Virus record (IMG/VR): IMGVR_UViG_3300027714_000001
Coordinates: 32,001-96,000 of that record
Direction: 5' to 3' (one strand)
DNA from: a virus
DNA: 64,000 nucleotides
The position numbers were made by a program, and so were the translations under genes. A model generated the notes under the pieces. It was not told the origin of the DNA. It was given only the letters and a program-made list of their open reading frames with translations, and searched no databases. Below are positions 1 through 10,880 of the stretch, piece by piece. Numbering within the stretch: the stretch's first letter is position 1; each line of letters starts with the position of its first letter.

Positions 1-1
1 T

Positions 2-592
2 TTATTTTTTGGAACTGCAACCCGCTTTTTTGACTATACTAATATACAAGAGTATATCTTCAATAGCTTGTTCAACGGTAAAGTTATTGAATACATCAGC
101 AGTTTTAATGCCGTCAATCTGTATGTAATCTCTGGAGTCTAGCATAAAGTTAGTCTCTCCACGATGCAGGTGCAATATAATAATGTTTTCTTTACCGAAT
201 CTATTAGCAAGTACATTTACTTCGTCAGGAAAGCCTCCGTCACTGTATACACAATCTTTATTACTATGTATGTGTCTAGCACAGTCTACGGAAGAAAGCT
301 GCCCAAAGTAGTCTTTACCAAAATGGGGCTTACACATAACCTCTGATATGTGTATAAGAAAACCTCTAGGACTAAATCCTAATAGTGCTTTATTGGGTAT
401 TTCTTTTATAGACCTGTCATTGTATATTGTAAAGTACTGATCTCTAGTTAATCCTGTCATAGCTAAAGCTATATTATGTAGTGCTGTTTTAAACTCTAAA
501 TGAGCACCCCCCAATTCTTTAACCAGCTTTAGGGCTAAAGTATCTTTACCAGACCCTGGAGGCCCGTTTAGTATGATTATTTTATTTTTCAT
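2..592 (-). CDS. dnk: Deoxynucleoside monophosphate kinase
   Basis: N-terminal P-loop GPPGSGKDT, then SDGGFPDE and 'IILHLHR' motifs of T4/T5 dNMP kinases. Confidence 0.8.
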   Translation of the reverse strand: MKNKIIILNGPPGSGKDTLALKLVKELGGAHLEFKTALHNIALAMTGLTRDQYFTIYNDRSIKEIPNKALLGFSPRGFLIHISEVMCKPHFGKDYFGQLSSVDCARHIHSNKDCVYSDGGFPDEVNVLANRFGKENIIILHLHRGETNFMLDSRDYIQIDGIKTADVFNNFTVEQAIEDILLYISIVKKAGCSSKK

Positions 593-1134
593 TTAATAGT
601 CTCTTTTCTAGTGCAAGGTTCTCTAGATCTGAAAGCTTTAACATTCTGACTCGTATTTCTAATTGGTCTTGTAGTTCTTGGTTTTGCTCTTTAAGTGCTA
701 AAATGTCTTCCCATAAATTATATATAACTTCATCCGTATCTGCCAATAGTTTAACATATTGTAATGTTTTTTCATCTGAGTATAGATTCATAAAAATTTC
801 CTGTTTGTGATTAATTAAACATAGTATACTAAAAAACATACTATATGTCAACATGTTTTTATACTTATTTAGTCGGTATCACCTACCTAATAAATTAAAA
901 CCGAGCTTGACAAAAGGCGAAAAATAAGATACAGTATATAACTAGAGGAGGAATACTTATGAATGAAATTGTACATGCACTAAACAGAGACTACGGTGGA
1001 GACTGGTTCTATAATATAGAAACTAAACTGTACGAAGACTTTGAGTCCGATAACATCTTTATGCCCGAAGATGTATCCTTGTAGCACGGAAAGCTACTTA
1101 CTATAATTAATCTACCAGCAAGGAATACCCATAC

Positions 1135-1830
1135 ATGAGCAGTAAACGCGAAAAACCTACTATTAAAAGAAAGTCAACTCCGTTCTGGGACAAAGCCCCA
1201 ATTAAGCCAAAAAATGCAAAACAGAAGTCTTATATAAACGCAATAAGAAATCACTGGATTACACTAGGCACAGGCTACCCTGGTACAGGTAAAAGCTACA
1301 TAGCAGCAGCACTAGCGGCAGAAATGTTAGAAGATCCTAGATGCCCAATAGAACGCATAGTTATATGTCGTCCTAATGAGGGCGTTGGGAAGTCAATAGG
1401 TATGTTAAAAGGTGGATTAAACGAAAAAATGATCCCATGGTGTGCCCCTATACTTGACGTATTAAAAGACAAGCTAGGAGAGTCCACAGTAGAGTATTTC
1501 TTAGAAAGAGAAAAAATAGAGCTTTTACCTTTAGAGTATGCACGCGGTAAAAGTTACGACAACACATTCATTATACTAGATGAAGCACAAAACGTAGACA
1601 AAGAGTCGTTAAAATGTCTTATGTTACGTATGGGCAGAGATTCTAAGCTAGTTATTGATGGAGATGTAGGACAGTGTGACATTGGAGAAGCTTCAGGACT
1701 AGCTCAGTTAATACAGCTAACAGCAGACTATGAAACTCCAATAGCCCACGTAGACTTTGACATTGAAGATATTGTACGAAGTGATATGTGTAAGTTTTTA
1801 GTCGGACTATTTGTAGTGGCTAATTTCTAA
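1135..1830 (+). CDS. phoH: PhoH-family ATPase
   Basis: GYPGTGKS Walker A, RGKSYDN, IILDEAQN, GDVGQCD motifs; lies upstream of nrdA as in T5. Confidence 0.95.
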   Translation: MSSKREKPTIKRKSTPFWDKAPIKPKNAKQKSYINAIRNHWITLGTGYPGTGKSYIAAALAAEMLEDPRCPIERIVICRPNEGVGKSIGMLKGGLNEKMIPWCAPILDVLKDKLGESTVEYFLEREKIELLPLEYARGKSYDNTFIILDEAQNVDKESLKCLMLRMGRDSKLVIDGDVGQCDIGEASGLAQLIQLTADYETPIAHVDFDIEDIVRSDMCKFLVGLFVVANF

Positions 1831-1837
1831 ATCAATC

Positions 1838-1861
1838 GCCCCGACTATGTTGGGGCTTTTT
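1838..1861 (+). terminator. Rho-independent terminator after phoH
   Basis: GCCCCGA-CTATG-TTGGGGC followed by a T run. Confidence 0.7.
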
Positions 1862-1936
1862 AATCTAAAAAACAAATAGACAAATTAGCAAAATACTTAT
1901 ATACTGTATTTTGAGTCAACATATAGGTAATAATAA

Positions 1937-4111
1937 ATGCAAGTAAAGAAAAGAAATGGCAATATTGAGAAATTTGACCCAAATAAAAGCAGACAGTGGG
2001 TTATGTGGTCAGTTGAGGGGTTAAAAGACAGAATAAAAATGGAATACGCAATCCTAGAAGAAACTTTTAACAGATTACCTGAGATTGTTACTACAGAAGA
2101 AATACATCAAACTATAATTAATGTGTGTCTTGATAAAGAAGATATACTATATAGTAGAGTTGCTGCTAAGCTAGAATTAGCTAGCATATACAAAGCTCAA
2201 GAACACAAACTAGGGCTATATAAGCCGTACAATGCAAGCTTCACTGACATTATGGAAAGGATGGAGACTAAAGGATTGTGGGCAGGCGCGTGGCTAAACG
2301 ATGAAGACCTTGTAGAAAAAGAAGACTTAATCAATGAGTGGTTTATAGAGCTAGAGGCACACGCATTAGAGTTTTGTACTATCAAGCAGTGGTCAGATAA
2401 GTATTCTATAAAAATAAAAGGCGAAGCAGTAGAGACACCAGCAGCAGGATGCTTAGCAATAGCTATTGCTTATCATGGAGTTACTGATTTAGCTTTCGGA
2501 GTTGCACAAGATTTAATAACATACAAACTAAACCTACCAACACCAGCATTAAACGGTTGTAGAAACGGTGACTTTAACAGTATCTCATGTTGTATCATAG
2601 AGGCAGGTGACACTGTAGAAAGTATTGACACAGCAGAAGCAATTGCAAGTGCTATGACAGCAAAGAAAGCAGGTATAGGTATTACACTAGATACTAGGTC
2701 TAAAGGTGACCCTGTAAAGAACGGAGCAGTTACTCACTTAGGTAAGCACCCTCTATATAAATCTATTGAGTCTAGCGTTAAAAAATATACACAGCTAACT
2801 CGTGGGGGTTCTGCTACTATGACGTTCAAGGCTATAGACCCAGAAATTATGAAAATGCTGCTTTGGAAAACACAAAGAATTGACTTAGCACAGCGCGTAG
2901 ACAAAATGGACTACAGCTTTGCATATAATGATTTCTTCGTAGAAAGCGTACTTAACAATGATGACTGGTACTTATTCAGCAAGCATTTCGCACCACAAGT
3001 ACATGACAACTTCCATTCACCAAATTACGAAGAATACGTAAAAGAAGCTTTAAACAACAACACCCCACACACTAAAGTAAAGGCTATAGACCTACTAAAA
3101 GAGTTCCTGACAAGCAGATGGGAAACAGGTAGACTTTACTGCATTAACGTGACAAGAACAAACGAACACACGCCCTTTATAGATACTATCGTACAATCTA
3201 ATCTTTGTTTAGAGATAGCTCTACCAACTAAGCCTTACATAGACTTAGATGATTTCAGAGCAGAGAACTCAATCGGAGAGACAGCATTCTGTACTATCGC
3301 AGCATTAAACGTAGCAAATATATCCTTCGAGGAATACCCAGCAGTAGCAGAAAGAGCATTACGTACAGTAACCAAAATGATGGAAAAAGCTCCTTGTCTA
3401 ACTAAAGGGCTAAAGAATTTACTACTATCAAGACGCTCAGTAGGTATAGGTATTACAGGTCTGGCTTCTTTAGTTTATAAGAACGGCCTAGACTACGATG
3501 AATCAAAAGAATCAATAAACTTTATAGAAGAAGCAGCAGAACTACATTATCATTCACTACTAACAGCTAGTCAAAAAATGTCAAAAGAAACAGGTATCGA
3601 AGTAAAAGGTATCAAAACTGACTGGCTACCAATAGATACAAAGAAAGGAGACAAAGAACCAGTATTTGATTGGGAAAAGCTTAGAGGTATTCCTAGAATG
3701 CACAGTGTACTAGTAGCTAACATGCCTACTGAGTCTAGCGCAGTATTTAGCAATGCTACAAACGGAGTATATCCTAGCAGAAGTAGAGTAATATACAAGA
3801 AGGCAAGAAAAGGTAAAGTACAATTTATAAGTCAGCATTTTACACCTGACAAGCTAAGTGCTTGGGATGTAAACATGGTACCTTACTACGGAGTAATCCA
3901 AAACTTTGCAGACCAATCAACCTCTGCCGACTACTACACGGATTTTACTAAGTATCCGAATAAAAAAGTACCAATGAAAGAACTAATTAGATGGTTTGTG
4001 AAACAGTGGAAAGCAGGCAGCAAAACCTGTTACTACCAGAACTTCCTAGATACTAGAGGGGAAGAAGTTGAACAAGAGGATTCGTGTGAAGGCGGATCTT
4101 GCAAACTTTAA
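1937..4111 (+). CDS. nrdA: Class Ia ribonucleotide reductase large subunit with N-terminal ATP cone
   Basis: VKKRNG ATP-cone start, SCC, SNLCLEI, MPTESS motifs, C-terminal CxxxxC. Confidence 0.95.
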   Translation: MQVKKRNGNIEKFDPNKSRQWVMWSVEGLKDRIKMEYAILEETFNRLPEIVTTEEIHQTIINVCLDKEDILYSRVAAKLELASIYKAQEHKLGLYKPYNASFTDIMERMETKGLWAGAWLNDEDLVEKEDLINEWFIELEAHALEFCTIKQWSDKYSIKIKGEAVETPAAGCLAIAIAYHGVTDLAFGVAQDLITYKLNLPTPALNGCRNGDFNSISCCIIEAGDTVESIDTAEAIASAMTAKKAGIGITLDTRSKGDPVKNGAVTHLGKHPLYKSIESSVKKYTQLTRGGSATMTFKAIDPEIMKMLLWKTQRIDLAQRVDKMDYSFAYNDFFVESVLNNDDWYLFSKHFAPQVHDNFHSPNYEEYVKEALNNNTPHTKVKAIDLLKEFLTSRWETGRLYCINVTRTNEHTPFIDTIVQSNLCLEIALPTKPYIDLDDFRAENSIGETAFCTIAALNVANISFEEYPAVAERALRTVTKMMEKAPCLTKGLKNLLLSRRSVGIGITGLASLVYKNGLDYDESKESINFIEEAAELHYHSLLTASQKMSKETGIEVKGIKTDWLPIDTKKGDKEPVFDWEKLRGIPRMHSVLVANMPTESSAVFSNATNGVYPSRSRVIYKKARKGKVQFISQHFTPDKLSAWDVNMVPYYGVIQNFADQSTSADYYTDFTKYPNKKVPMKELIRWFVKQWKAGSKTCYYQNFLDTRGEEVEQEDSCEGGSCKL

Positions 4112-4143
4112 AAAACAAATTAAATATTATAAAGGAAAAATGA

Positions 4144-5490
4144 ATGTATACAGTGTATAGTAAAGACAACTGCCCTTGGTGTGTAAAAGCAATCGAGTTA
4201 TTAACAGAACATAACCTAGAACACACCGTAGTTAAAGTAGAGTCTATAGAAGAACTTACTACAAAACTACAAAACTACACAACACTAAATGAGATTAACA
4301 CAGTTCCTCAGATAGTAGAAGACAAGTTTTTAATCGGAGGCTACCAAGACCTAGTAAAAACACTAAAAGGTGCACATGGTATTATAAGCGGAAATAAGAT
4401 ACTCAAAACAAAGAAAACTGTTTTCAACGCTGATAATGTAGGACATGAGACAGGGGAATATCCTTTGTTCTTAGGTGACCAGTTAGGTTTCCTAGACACA
4501 ATCAATACTCCTTACCCTGTACTAGACGAGCTATACCAAGCTCAGCTATCACAAATCTGGAACGAGTTTGAGATAGACCTTACACAAGACAGACAAGATA
4601 TGATTAATGCTCGTCCCGAAGTTGTAGACCTTATGGTAAAGACAATCTTATGGCAACATCTAGCAGACTCTATTGCTTCTAGGTCAATTACAGGTATCCT
4701 TATGGATTACGTGTCTAACTCAGACTTAGAAAGCTGGTACAACTGCGTAGCGTTATTCGAAACAATACATGCTAGAAGCTACAGTTTAATTATCAAGCAG
4801 ACATTCAATAACCCTAACGAAGCGTTAAAGAATGGCTACGAAGATTTACAAGTAATACAGCGTTCAGATATATTACGTGACGCATTTGACGGATTAGGCA
4901 ACTTACCTTTCGATGCGCCTAGAGAAGAAAAAGAAGAAAAACTGTATATTGCAATAGCTGCATTGTATATGTTAGAAAGCTTAAACTTCATGGCATCATT
5001 TGCTATTACGTTCGGTATTGTAGAAACAGGAATCATGCAGGGTATTGGTCAAATAGTATCACTAATCTGTCGTGACGAATTGTTACACGCAAGAGGTGGA
5101 CGAGAAGTTCTAAATATCGAGTTTAAGAGAAATCCAGAACTTGCTAAGAGACTTAGACCTCACTTCCAGAAAATGTTTGACGCTATCGTGTCCACAGAAT
5201 TAGAATGGACAGACTATTTGTTCAGTCAGGGTCGTCAAGTAATTGGACTAAGCCCTGAGCTTATCAAAAAGTACGTATTGTTTATGGCACAGCCTGTAGC
5301 AAATACTTTAGGTCTAGTAACAGAAAAGATAGAAACTACTCCATTACCGTACATGGAGACTTACATTGACTCTAGTAAGGTTCAAGTTGCTGCACAAGAG
5401 CTACAGCTAACTTCATACCTAGTAAACTCAGTGTCCCCTCTAACAGATCAAGACGAGTTTCTAGCAGAACTTCGAGGAGAAATGTATTAA
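4144..5490 (+). CDS. nrdB: Glutaredoxin fused to ribonucleotide reductase small subunit
   Basis: N-terminal CPWC, TVPQI and IGGY glutaredoxin motifs, then R2 motifs ETIHARSY and RDELLH. Confidence 0.92.
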   Translation: MYTVYSKDNCPWCVKAIELLTEHNLEHTVVKVESIEELTTKLQNYTTLNEINTVPQIVEDKFLIGGYQDLVKTLKGAHGIISGNKILKTKKTVFNADNVGHETGEYPLFLGDQLGFLDTINTPYPVLDELYQAQLSQIWNEFEIDLTQDRQDMINARPEVVDLMVKTILWQHLADSIASRSITGILMDYVSNSDLESWYNCVALFETIHARSYSLIIKQTFNNPNEALKNGYEDLQVIQRSDILRDAFDGLGNLPFDAPREEKEEKLYIAIAALYMLESLNFMASFAITFGIVETGIMQGIGQIVSLICRDELLHARGGREVLNIEFKRNPELAKRLRPHFQKMFDAIVSTELEWTDYLFSQGRQVIGLSPELIKKYVLFMAQPVANTLGLVTEKIETTPLPYMETYIDSSKVQVAAQELQLTSYLVNSVSPLTDQDEFLAELRGEMY

Positions 5491-5959
5491 AGCTATATTT
5501 GCTAACGATTTGGCAGGTGGTTTTGGAAATAAGGGAGGCCTACCCTGGCCTTCCAACTCTATAGACCTACAACACTTTAAGAAACAAACCCAAGGAGCTT
5601 ATATAATTATGGGCAGGAACACTTGGGAAACTTTACCAAAACTAAAAAATAGAACTCCTGTAGTGGTGTCTTCTAAAATAGGTAAAAATAAAGGGCTTTG
5701 GATACCTTCGGACATACTACAACAAGAACTAGAAGACTGTTGGCAAGGAGAAACTAACGCTTTCCTTATAGGAGGAGCTAAACTGCTAACACCTCAAAAT
5801 TTAAAGTTATGTACTAGCATAATTCATACTACTATAAAAGAAGTATATTACTCATGTGATACATATATCAATGAGAACACATTAGGGTTTCTAGGCACAC
5901 TAGACTCTCATCTAATCTACGAAGACAAGCATATAGAAATAAGAGAACATATCGTATAA
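5486..5959 (+). CDS. dfr: Dihydrofolate reductase (start probably ATT at 5486, upstream of the called TTG)
   Basis: IKAIFA...GNKGGLPW, DLQHFK, IMGRNTW, IGGA motifs. Confidence 0.9.
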   Translation: MKAIFANDLAGGFGNKGGLPWPSNSIDLQHFKKQTQGAYIIMGRNTWETLPKLKNRTPVVVSSKIGKNKGLWIPSDILQQELEDCWQGETNAFLIGGAKLLTPQNLKLCTSIIHTTIKEVYYSCDTYINENTLGFLGTLDSHLIYEDKHIEIREHIV

Positions 5960-6804
5960 TGAAAAATTACTTAAATCTAATACATAAAATAATACTAGAA
6001 GGGGAAGATTCAAACGACCGTACAGGAGTAGGCACTAAGTCTATCTTTGGTACTCGTATGGAATGGGATTTAAAGAAAGGATTCCCCGCAGTAACTTGTA
6101 AGACATTAGCGTGGAAGTCAGTAGTATCAGAACTATTATGGTTTTTATCAGGATCTTCTAACCTAGAACATTTACGTACTAGACTACATGGGTATGGTAG
6201 TGATAAATCTACTATATGGGATGCTAACTACAAAAATCAAGGTAGAGCCTTAGGATACACTAAAGGCAATCTTGGGCCTATATATGGACACCAGTGGCGC
6301 AACTTTAACGGTATAGACCAGATAAAAAATCTATTAATGTCAATACGCATGGGAAATGCTACAGGAGTACACAGTAGACGTAATATAGTTACTGCTTGGA
6401 ATGTACCAGATATTCCACATATGACGTTACCTCCCTGCCACCACACCTTTCAAGTGCATGTAAATAAAAATAAAGAGCTAAGCTTAATGTGGCATCAGAG
6501 GTCTGTAGATGTATTTCTAGGATTGCCATTTAACATAGCAAGTTACGCTTTGCTTACACACATATTAGCTGAGATAACTGGCTGTACTGTTGGAAATCTA
6601 ATATTTACTGGAGGAGATACTCACATATACAAAAACCATATGGTATCTATAGCAGAGCTAATGGAAAGAAGTCCTGGACTGCTTCCAGAATTAGTTATTC
6701 CTAATCTAACAGACTTAGACTCTGTACTACAGTCTCCTATAGAAAACTTTAAACTTAATAACTACAATCCGCAAGGAAAAATCGTAGCACCAATGGCTAT
6801 TTAG
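5959..6804 (+). CDS. thyA: Thymidylate synthase
   Basis: DRTGVGT, LPPCH, QRSVDVFLGLPFNIASY, GDTHIY motifs. Confidence 0.97.
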   Translation: MKNYLNLIHKIILEGEDSNDRTGVGTKSIFGTRMEWDLKKGFPAVTCKTLAWKSVVSELLWFLSGSSNLEHLRTRLHGYGSDKSTIWDANYKNQGRALGYTKGNLGPIYGHQWRNFNGIDQIKNLLMSIRMGNATGVHSRRNIVTAWNVPDIPHMTLPPCHHTFQVHVNKNKELSLMWHQRSVDVFLGLPFNIASYALLTHILAEITGCTVGNLIFTGGDTHIYKNHMVSIAELMERSPGLLPELVIPNLTDLDSVLQSPIENFKLNNYNPQGKIVAPMAI

Positions 6805-6933
6805 AAAATTTTAGTTGACTCTACAAGACCGCTACTGTATAATTTACTTATGCCGTAGCGGTTTTTCTGTATGTAAATAACCACTACTTCAAGGATAAGA
6901 ACACAGAAAGTTAATTAAGGAGTAATTAATACT

Positions 6934-7260
6934 ATGACGGGATTAGATTTTGCTTGGGCTTTTGAAAAAATATGGGTAGCAATATTCGCATATATCTTTT
7001 GGAAAAGCAAGGAGCTTAAAAAAGAAAACAAACAAAGAGACACAGACATTCAAAACTTACAATTAGCCCAGGCTAGAGCTTCAACTATATTTATTACTGA
7101 GACTCAAATGAAAGAAGCAGTTAGGGAAGCTTTATTGCCTTACAAAGAAGGCCAACAAGAAATAAAGATACTCCTAAAAGGCTTAAACGATCACATCTTC
7201 ACATTAAGTAAAGATGTGGCAGTACAACATGCTATAGGGGCGTTAAACAATGATAAATAA
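6934..7260 (+). CDS. Single N-terminal TM, coiled-coil protein
   Basis: Hydrophobic N-terminus, strong SD (AAGGAG), coiled-coil-like remainder. Confidence 0.55.
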   Translation: MTGLDFAWAFEKIWVAIFAYIFWKSKELKKENKQRDTDIQNLQLAQARASTIFITETQMKEAVREALLPYKEGQQEIKILLKGLNDHIFTLSKDVAVQHAIGALNNDK

Positions 7261-7633
7261 ACTTTTACTAGTAAACAGTGCGGAAGACGAAAGTCTACTA
7301 AAGTATCTAAAAGATAGTGGCTACTTAATAGTGTTTTGCAAGCCCAATGAGATAATAAAGACATGCAAGAAAGTAGCTCCTCAAATAATACTAATTCTAG
7401 ATATGCAGGACGATCTAGAATTAGTAGAGTTATTAAGTAACCCTGACATATCTAGTATACCTGCTATTCACGCTACAACAGGATACCCAGTAGACGATAC
7501 TTCTAAACATACAAAGTTTTTTGATATATCAAAGAAAGTAAACATTTATAAATCACTTATAAACATGAAGATTATATCAGACAAACTATCAAATATTATA
7601 GCAAAACAAGTTGACATAGAGGATGCTTTCTAG
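7250..7633 (+). CDS. Stand-alone CheY-like receiver (REC) domain protein, degenerate
   Basis: KLLLV...YLKDSGYLIV...PQIILILD...DDLELVELL...IPAIHATTG follows the REC beta1-beta4 pattern. Confidence 0.6.
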   Translation: MINKLLLVNSAEDESLLKYLKDSGYLIVFCKPNEIIKTCKKVAPQIILILDMQDDLELVELLSNPDISSIPAIHATTGYPVDDTSKHTKFFDISKKVNIYKSLINMKIISDKLSNIIAKQVDIEDAF

Positions 7634-7810
7634 TATAATTGCATTTCAGATTTGAGAAAAGCGTTTTACAAAACAGTTTAAAAAACATCTTGCTATACAA
7701 GCCATTCTTTGCTATAATATGTTTCTGGAATTGAGAAAAAGCATAAAAAAGAAAACAAAAAACATCTTGCTATATCGGTCATAACTTGATATAATAGATT
7801 TTCAAATTAA
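7610..7810 (+). promoter_or_regulatory. Three tandem T5-type sigma70 promoters
   Basis: TTGACA/TTGCTA-17 bp-TATAAT three times, followed by the conserved leader (TTCTGGAATTGAGAAA or variants). Confidence 0.8.
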
Positions 7811-8964
7811 CTAAAAGAGAGAAAAATTATGGGAAAGAAAACTAGCAATAAAGGTAAAGGTAGCTACGCAACTTATCAAGCAGAGGGTCGCCGAGATAAA
7901 AACCGTACTGCTCGTTTGCTAAAGCATCTTAAAGCTTACCCCGAGGATGCAGCAGCACAGTCTGCACTTAAACGAGCTAAGCCCCCACGCAGAGCTTCAG
8001 GTAAAAAAGGTAACTTTCCTGCACAAAAAACGTATCATATCTTAACTACAGCAGGTCACAAGGTAGAAATGCCCACGTTTGACCCTACAGTGCCAAAACT
8101 TGTAACTAAATAACAGACTAGCCGAGCAACTGCTCGGCTACTTCTTGGAGAATAACATGAGAAACTTCGTAGCAAAATATGCTAGAATAAACAGAGCCTC
8201 TACACACAGAGACAAAACAAAATACCAACGCGGTTGGGAAATGGACTGGGACGAAATTGAGCCTCCACAATAGTTCTAACAAGAGACATTGTGCAGATTT
8301 AATTAACCCAAAAGGAACAACAAATGATTGATGAAAATGCAGTAGAAGACGGCAGCAAACAAGCAGTTCGCAAAGAAACTCAAGATATTATTGACGCTTC
8401 TATGGATCACCAGTTTCAAGAGAATATGCGTAAGTATACTTTAGTAGGTGAGTTAAGTAACTGGCGTACTAATATGAAAGACAATAAACGTCGTCAACAA
8501 ATACTTAGCGGTCGAGCTAAGATTCTAGACCTAGTAAATAAAGCATGTTCGAGCTAATCCCACAAGATTGGGCAAAGCGTAGAACGCATACAAAACGGGA
8601 GAAGCCTGTAGCAATACAGGTATTCGACTACAAGCAAATTAATAACCATTTCTGTACTATAATAGTTCATTTTGAAGATGGCAGTTCTAAGGAGTTACTC
8701 TCTAGAGTTGTACAAAATCACATAACTAAAACTTGGGTGGTAGATGGAATGGAATACTCAGTGAGGGTAACATATAATGGAGATTAAAATGACACCAACT
8801 TTTCTAGAAGCTTTGAAAGCCTCACTAAAAATTAGCCTTTCTGAGCCTTCTTATAACATTATGAAAGATGCCTCGGCAGAAGATGACCCAGAAGTAGTAG
8901 AAATGTTAATAGGCAGAGCTGTTGTAAATGAACTTATAACGGACGCATTAAAAGATTAAAATAT

Positions 8965-9041
8965 GTGCGTGGGGCTGGATGGGTTTAGGCTGCGGATTGC
9001 AAACTCGTATCAAGCAGGTTCGATTCCTGTCACGTACTCCA
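8965..9041 (+). tRNA. tRNA-Cys(GCA)
   Basis: GTGCGTG/CACGTAC acceptor, TT-GCA-AA loop, GGTTCGATTCC, encoded CCA. Confidence 0.9.
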
Positions 9042-9047
9042 AATTAC

Positions 9048-9230
9048 ACTAGTATGCTGCAAAGGTAGACAGGCACATAAACCGTTTAGGTGTGTTCCGT
9101 AAGAGGATAGCTACAATTCTATACAGGTAAAGTTTTAAGTCGGGATGCCTGGCGGTACTAACTGTATAGGAGCTGAGGAGTAATGCCTTCAGTATAGTGA
9201 TTGCGGGTTCGACTCCCGTTGCTAGTACCA
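9048..9230 (+). ncRNA. tRNA-like RNA with a ~110-nt structured insert in place of the anticodon arm
   Basis: ACTAGTA/TGCTAGT acceptor plus ACCA, D-like arm, GCGGG-TTCGACT-CCCGT T arm, internal hairpins. Confidence 0.75.
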
Positions 9231-9575
9231 AAATCGCATCGTATTGAATTAATTTATTAAGGAAATATGTATGTCAAGAACAATCAGAAGAAAAAACGTA
9301 GCTTTTTGGTGGAATAAACAAGAATACCTACAAAGCCATGAGCATGACTGGTCTTATGGTAGCATTTACTGTAAGACAGAACAAGACTATAATACAGAAA
9401 CTCGTGTATTTTATAGTGATAAATGTAACCCTGCCCCGCACAGTAAAAATGTTAAACATGCGGAAAATAGTAAGCGTAGAGCAGCGGAAACTAGAAAACT
9501 AAAATCTTACAGAGGTTTTGGGTGGATAGAGTTCGAAAAGCTCTATGACGATAGATGGAACTGGGATTAAACAAT

Positions 9576-9661
9576 GGAAGATGATCTAGTCTGGGACTAG
9601 CGCCGCTTGCTAAGCGAACGGAGCCGAAAGGCTTGGGGATCAATACCTCCTTCTTCCTCCA
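9576..9661 (+). tRNA. tRNA-Ser(GCT)
   Basis: CGC-TT-GCT-AA-GCG, long variable arm, CCA. Confidence 0.85.
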
Positions 9662-10456
9662 AATTAAGGTAATAACATGTACGGACTATATAAAACTACA
9701 ACAGTAATGGACTACGAAGGGGACATTGATTCCTACAAAACTTTACTAGCTGTAGCCCCTAGTTCCTCAGAACTAGTGGAGCGTTGGGACAAAAAATGCG
9801 AAAAAGAGTTAAAAGCAGTAAGTGAGTTACACAAAAGCTATGCAGATAACGTACCTCCTAAGTTCCTGAAAGGACAAAAAAGCCTTGAGTATTTAGGAAA
9901 TACTGGTGGGGGATATAGTTACGTAAAAATTATTGTTACTATTGAACAAATAAAACAGTGGGACAAATAATGTTTACTGCCTCATATGACTTTGAGATAC
10001 AGCAGTTTTTTATATACTATAACCACGGATTAGTGGGGTATTTTGATCCCAAACAAAAACCCAAGTACATAGACTTTTGCGATATATATCTACCTTTACA
10101 TTTAAGTAAACTTCATCTCAAACAACTAGAAAAAATTCTAGATTTAAAAGGGTCAACAGAATAAAACAGGGAACTTATAAAGTAAGTGGCACAATCGTAC
10201 ATGATACTCCTAAACTTGTGGTTTTTATGATGAAACACCTTAACCCACCTGCTTACTCTCACAGACTAGTTAGGTACGAGGAACTAAGAGATCATTATAT
10301 TTTTAAAGTAGAATCCGAACTATTTGAGCTAAGAGAAGATGTTCCTATGTACCTAGTATATTTTAACGTAAACGGGGTTGTTTCCGTAGAAATTGTTTGA
10401 CAGATTGCCCAAATAAGCGTATAATAGCTTTATTGAATTGATAAAAGGCTAATAAA

Positions 10457-10816
10457 TTGAGTACGACACTAGAACAAGACTGGCGGGCATACAATAAAAA
10501 AATGCGTCGTCAATGTATGCACCAAGCGCAGTTTAATACTCTTAGAGAGTACGAAAAGTACCGAAATGGTACGCTTAAGTATACTAAAGAATTTACGGAG
10601 CTAGAGAAAAAAGATATAATATATCGTAGAAATGCTGCTCCCTCCCCTAAAACATTAAAGCAACATCCACTACCTAACAAAAACCCAACTGCAAAGATTA
10701 AATCCCCTGAGTACACAGGCACACTAATCAAAGGCATTAGCACAATGCACAAAAGTAACGCAGTTCCGGTTATTAATACCCAAGAAATGATTGACCACGC
10801 AAATATGCGGAGATAG
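10457..10816 (+). CDS. Conserved phage hypothetical protein
   Basis: C-terminal GISTMHKSNAVPV...ANMRR resembles a family seen in large phages; has its own promoter. Confidence 0.55.
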   Translation: MSTTLEQDWRAYNKKMRRQCMHQAQFNTLREYEKYRNGTLKYTKEFTELEKKDIIYRRNAAPSPKTLKQHPLPNKNPTAKIKSPEYTGTLIKGISTMHKSNAVPVINTQEMIDHANMRR

Positions 10817-10880
10817 TAAATTTATTTCTTGACAAAATACTTAAATTCTAGTATAGTATATTTAGTGGTTCAAAAACACT

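Noticed and set aside
1937-6804. Introns or inteins in nrdA, nrdB and thyA
   Set aside because: The ORFs are continuous and of normal length.
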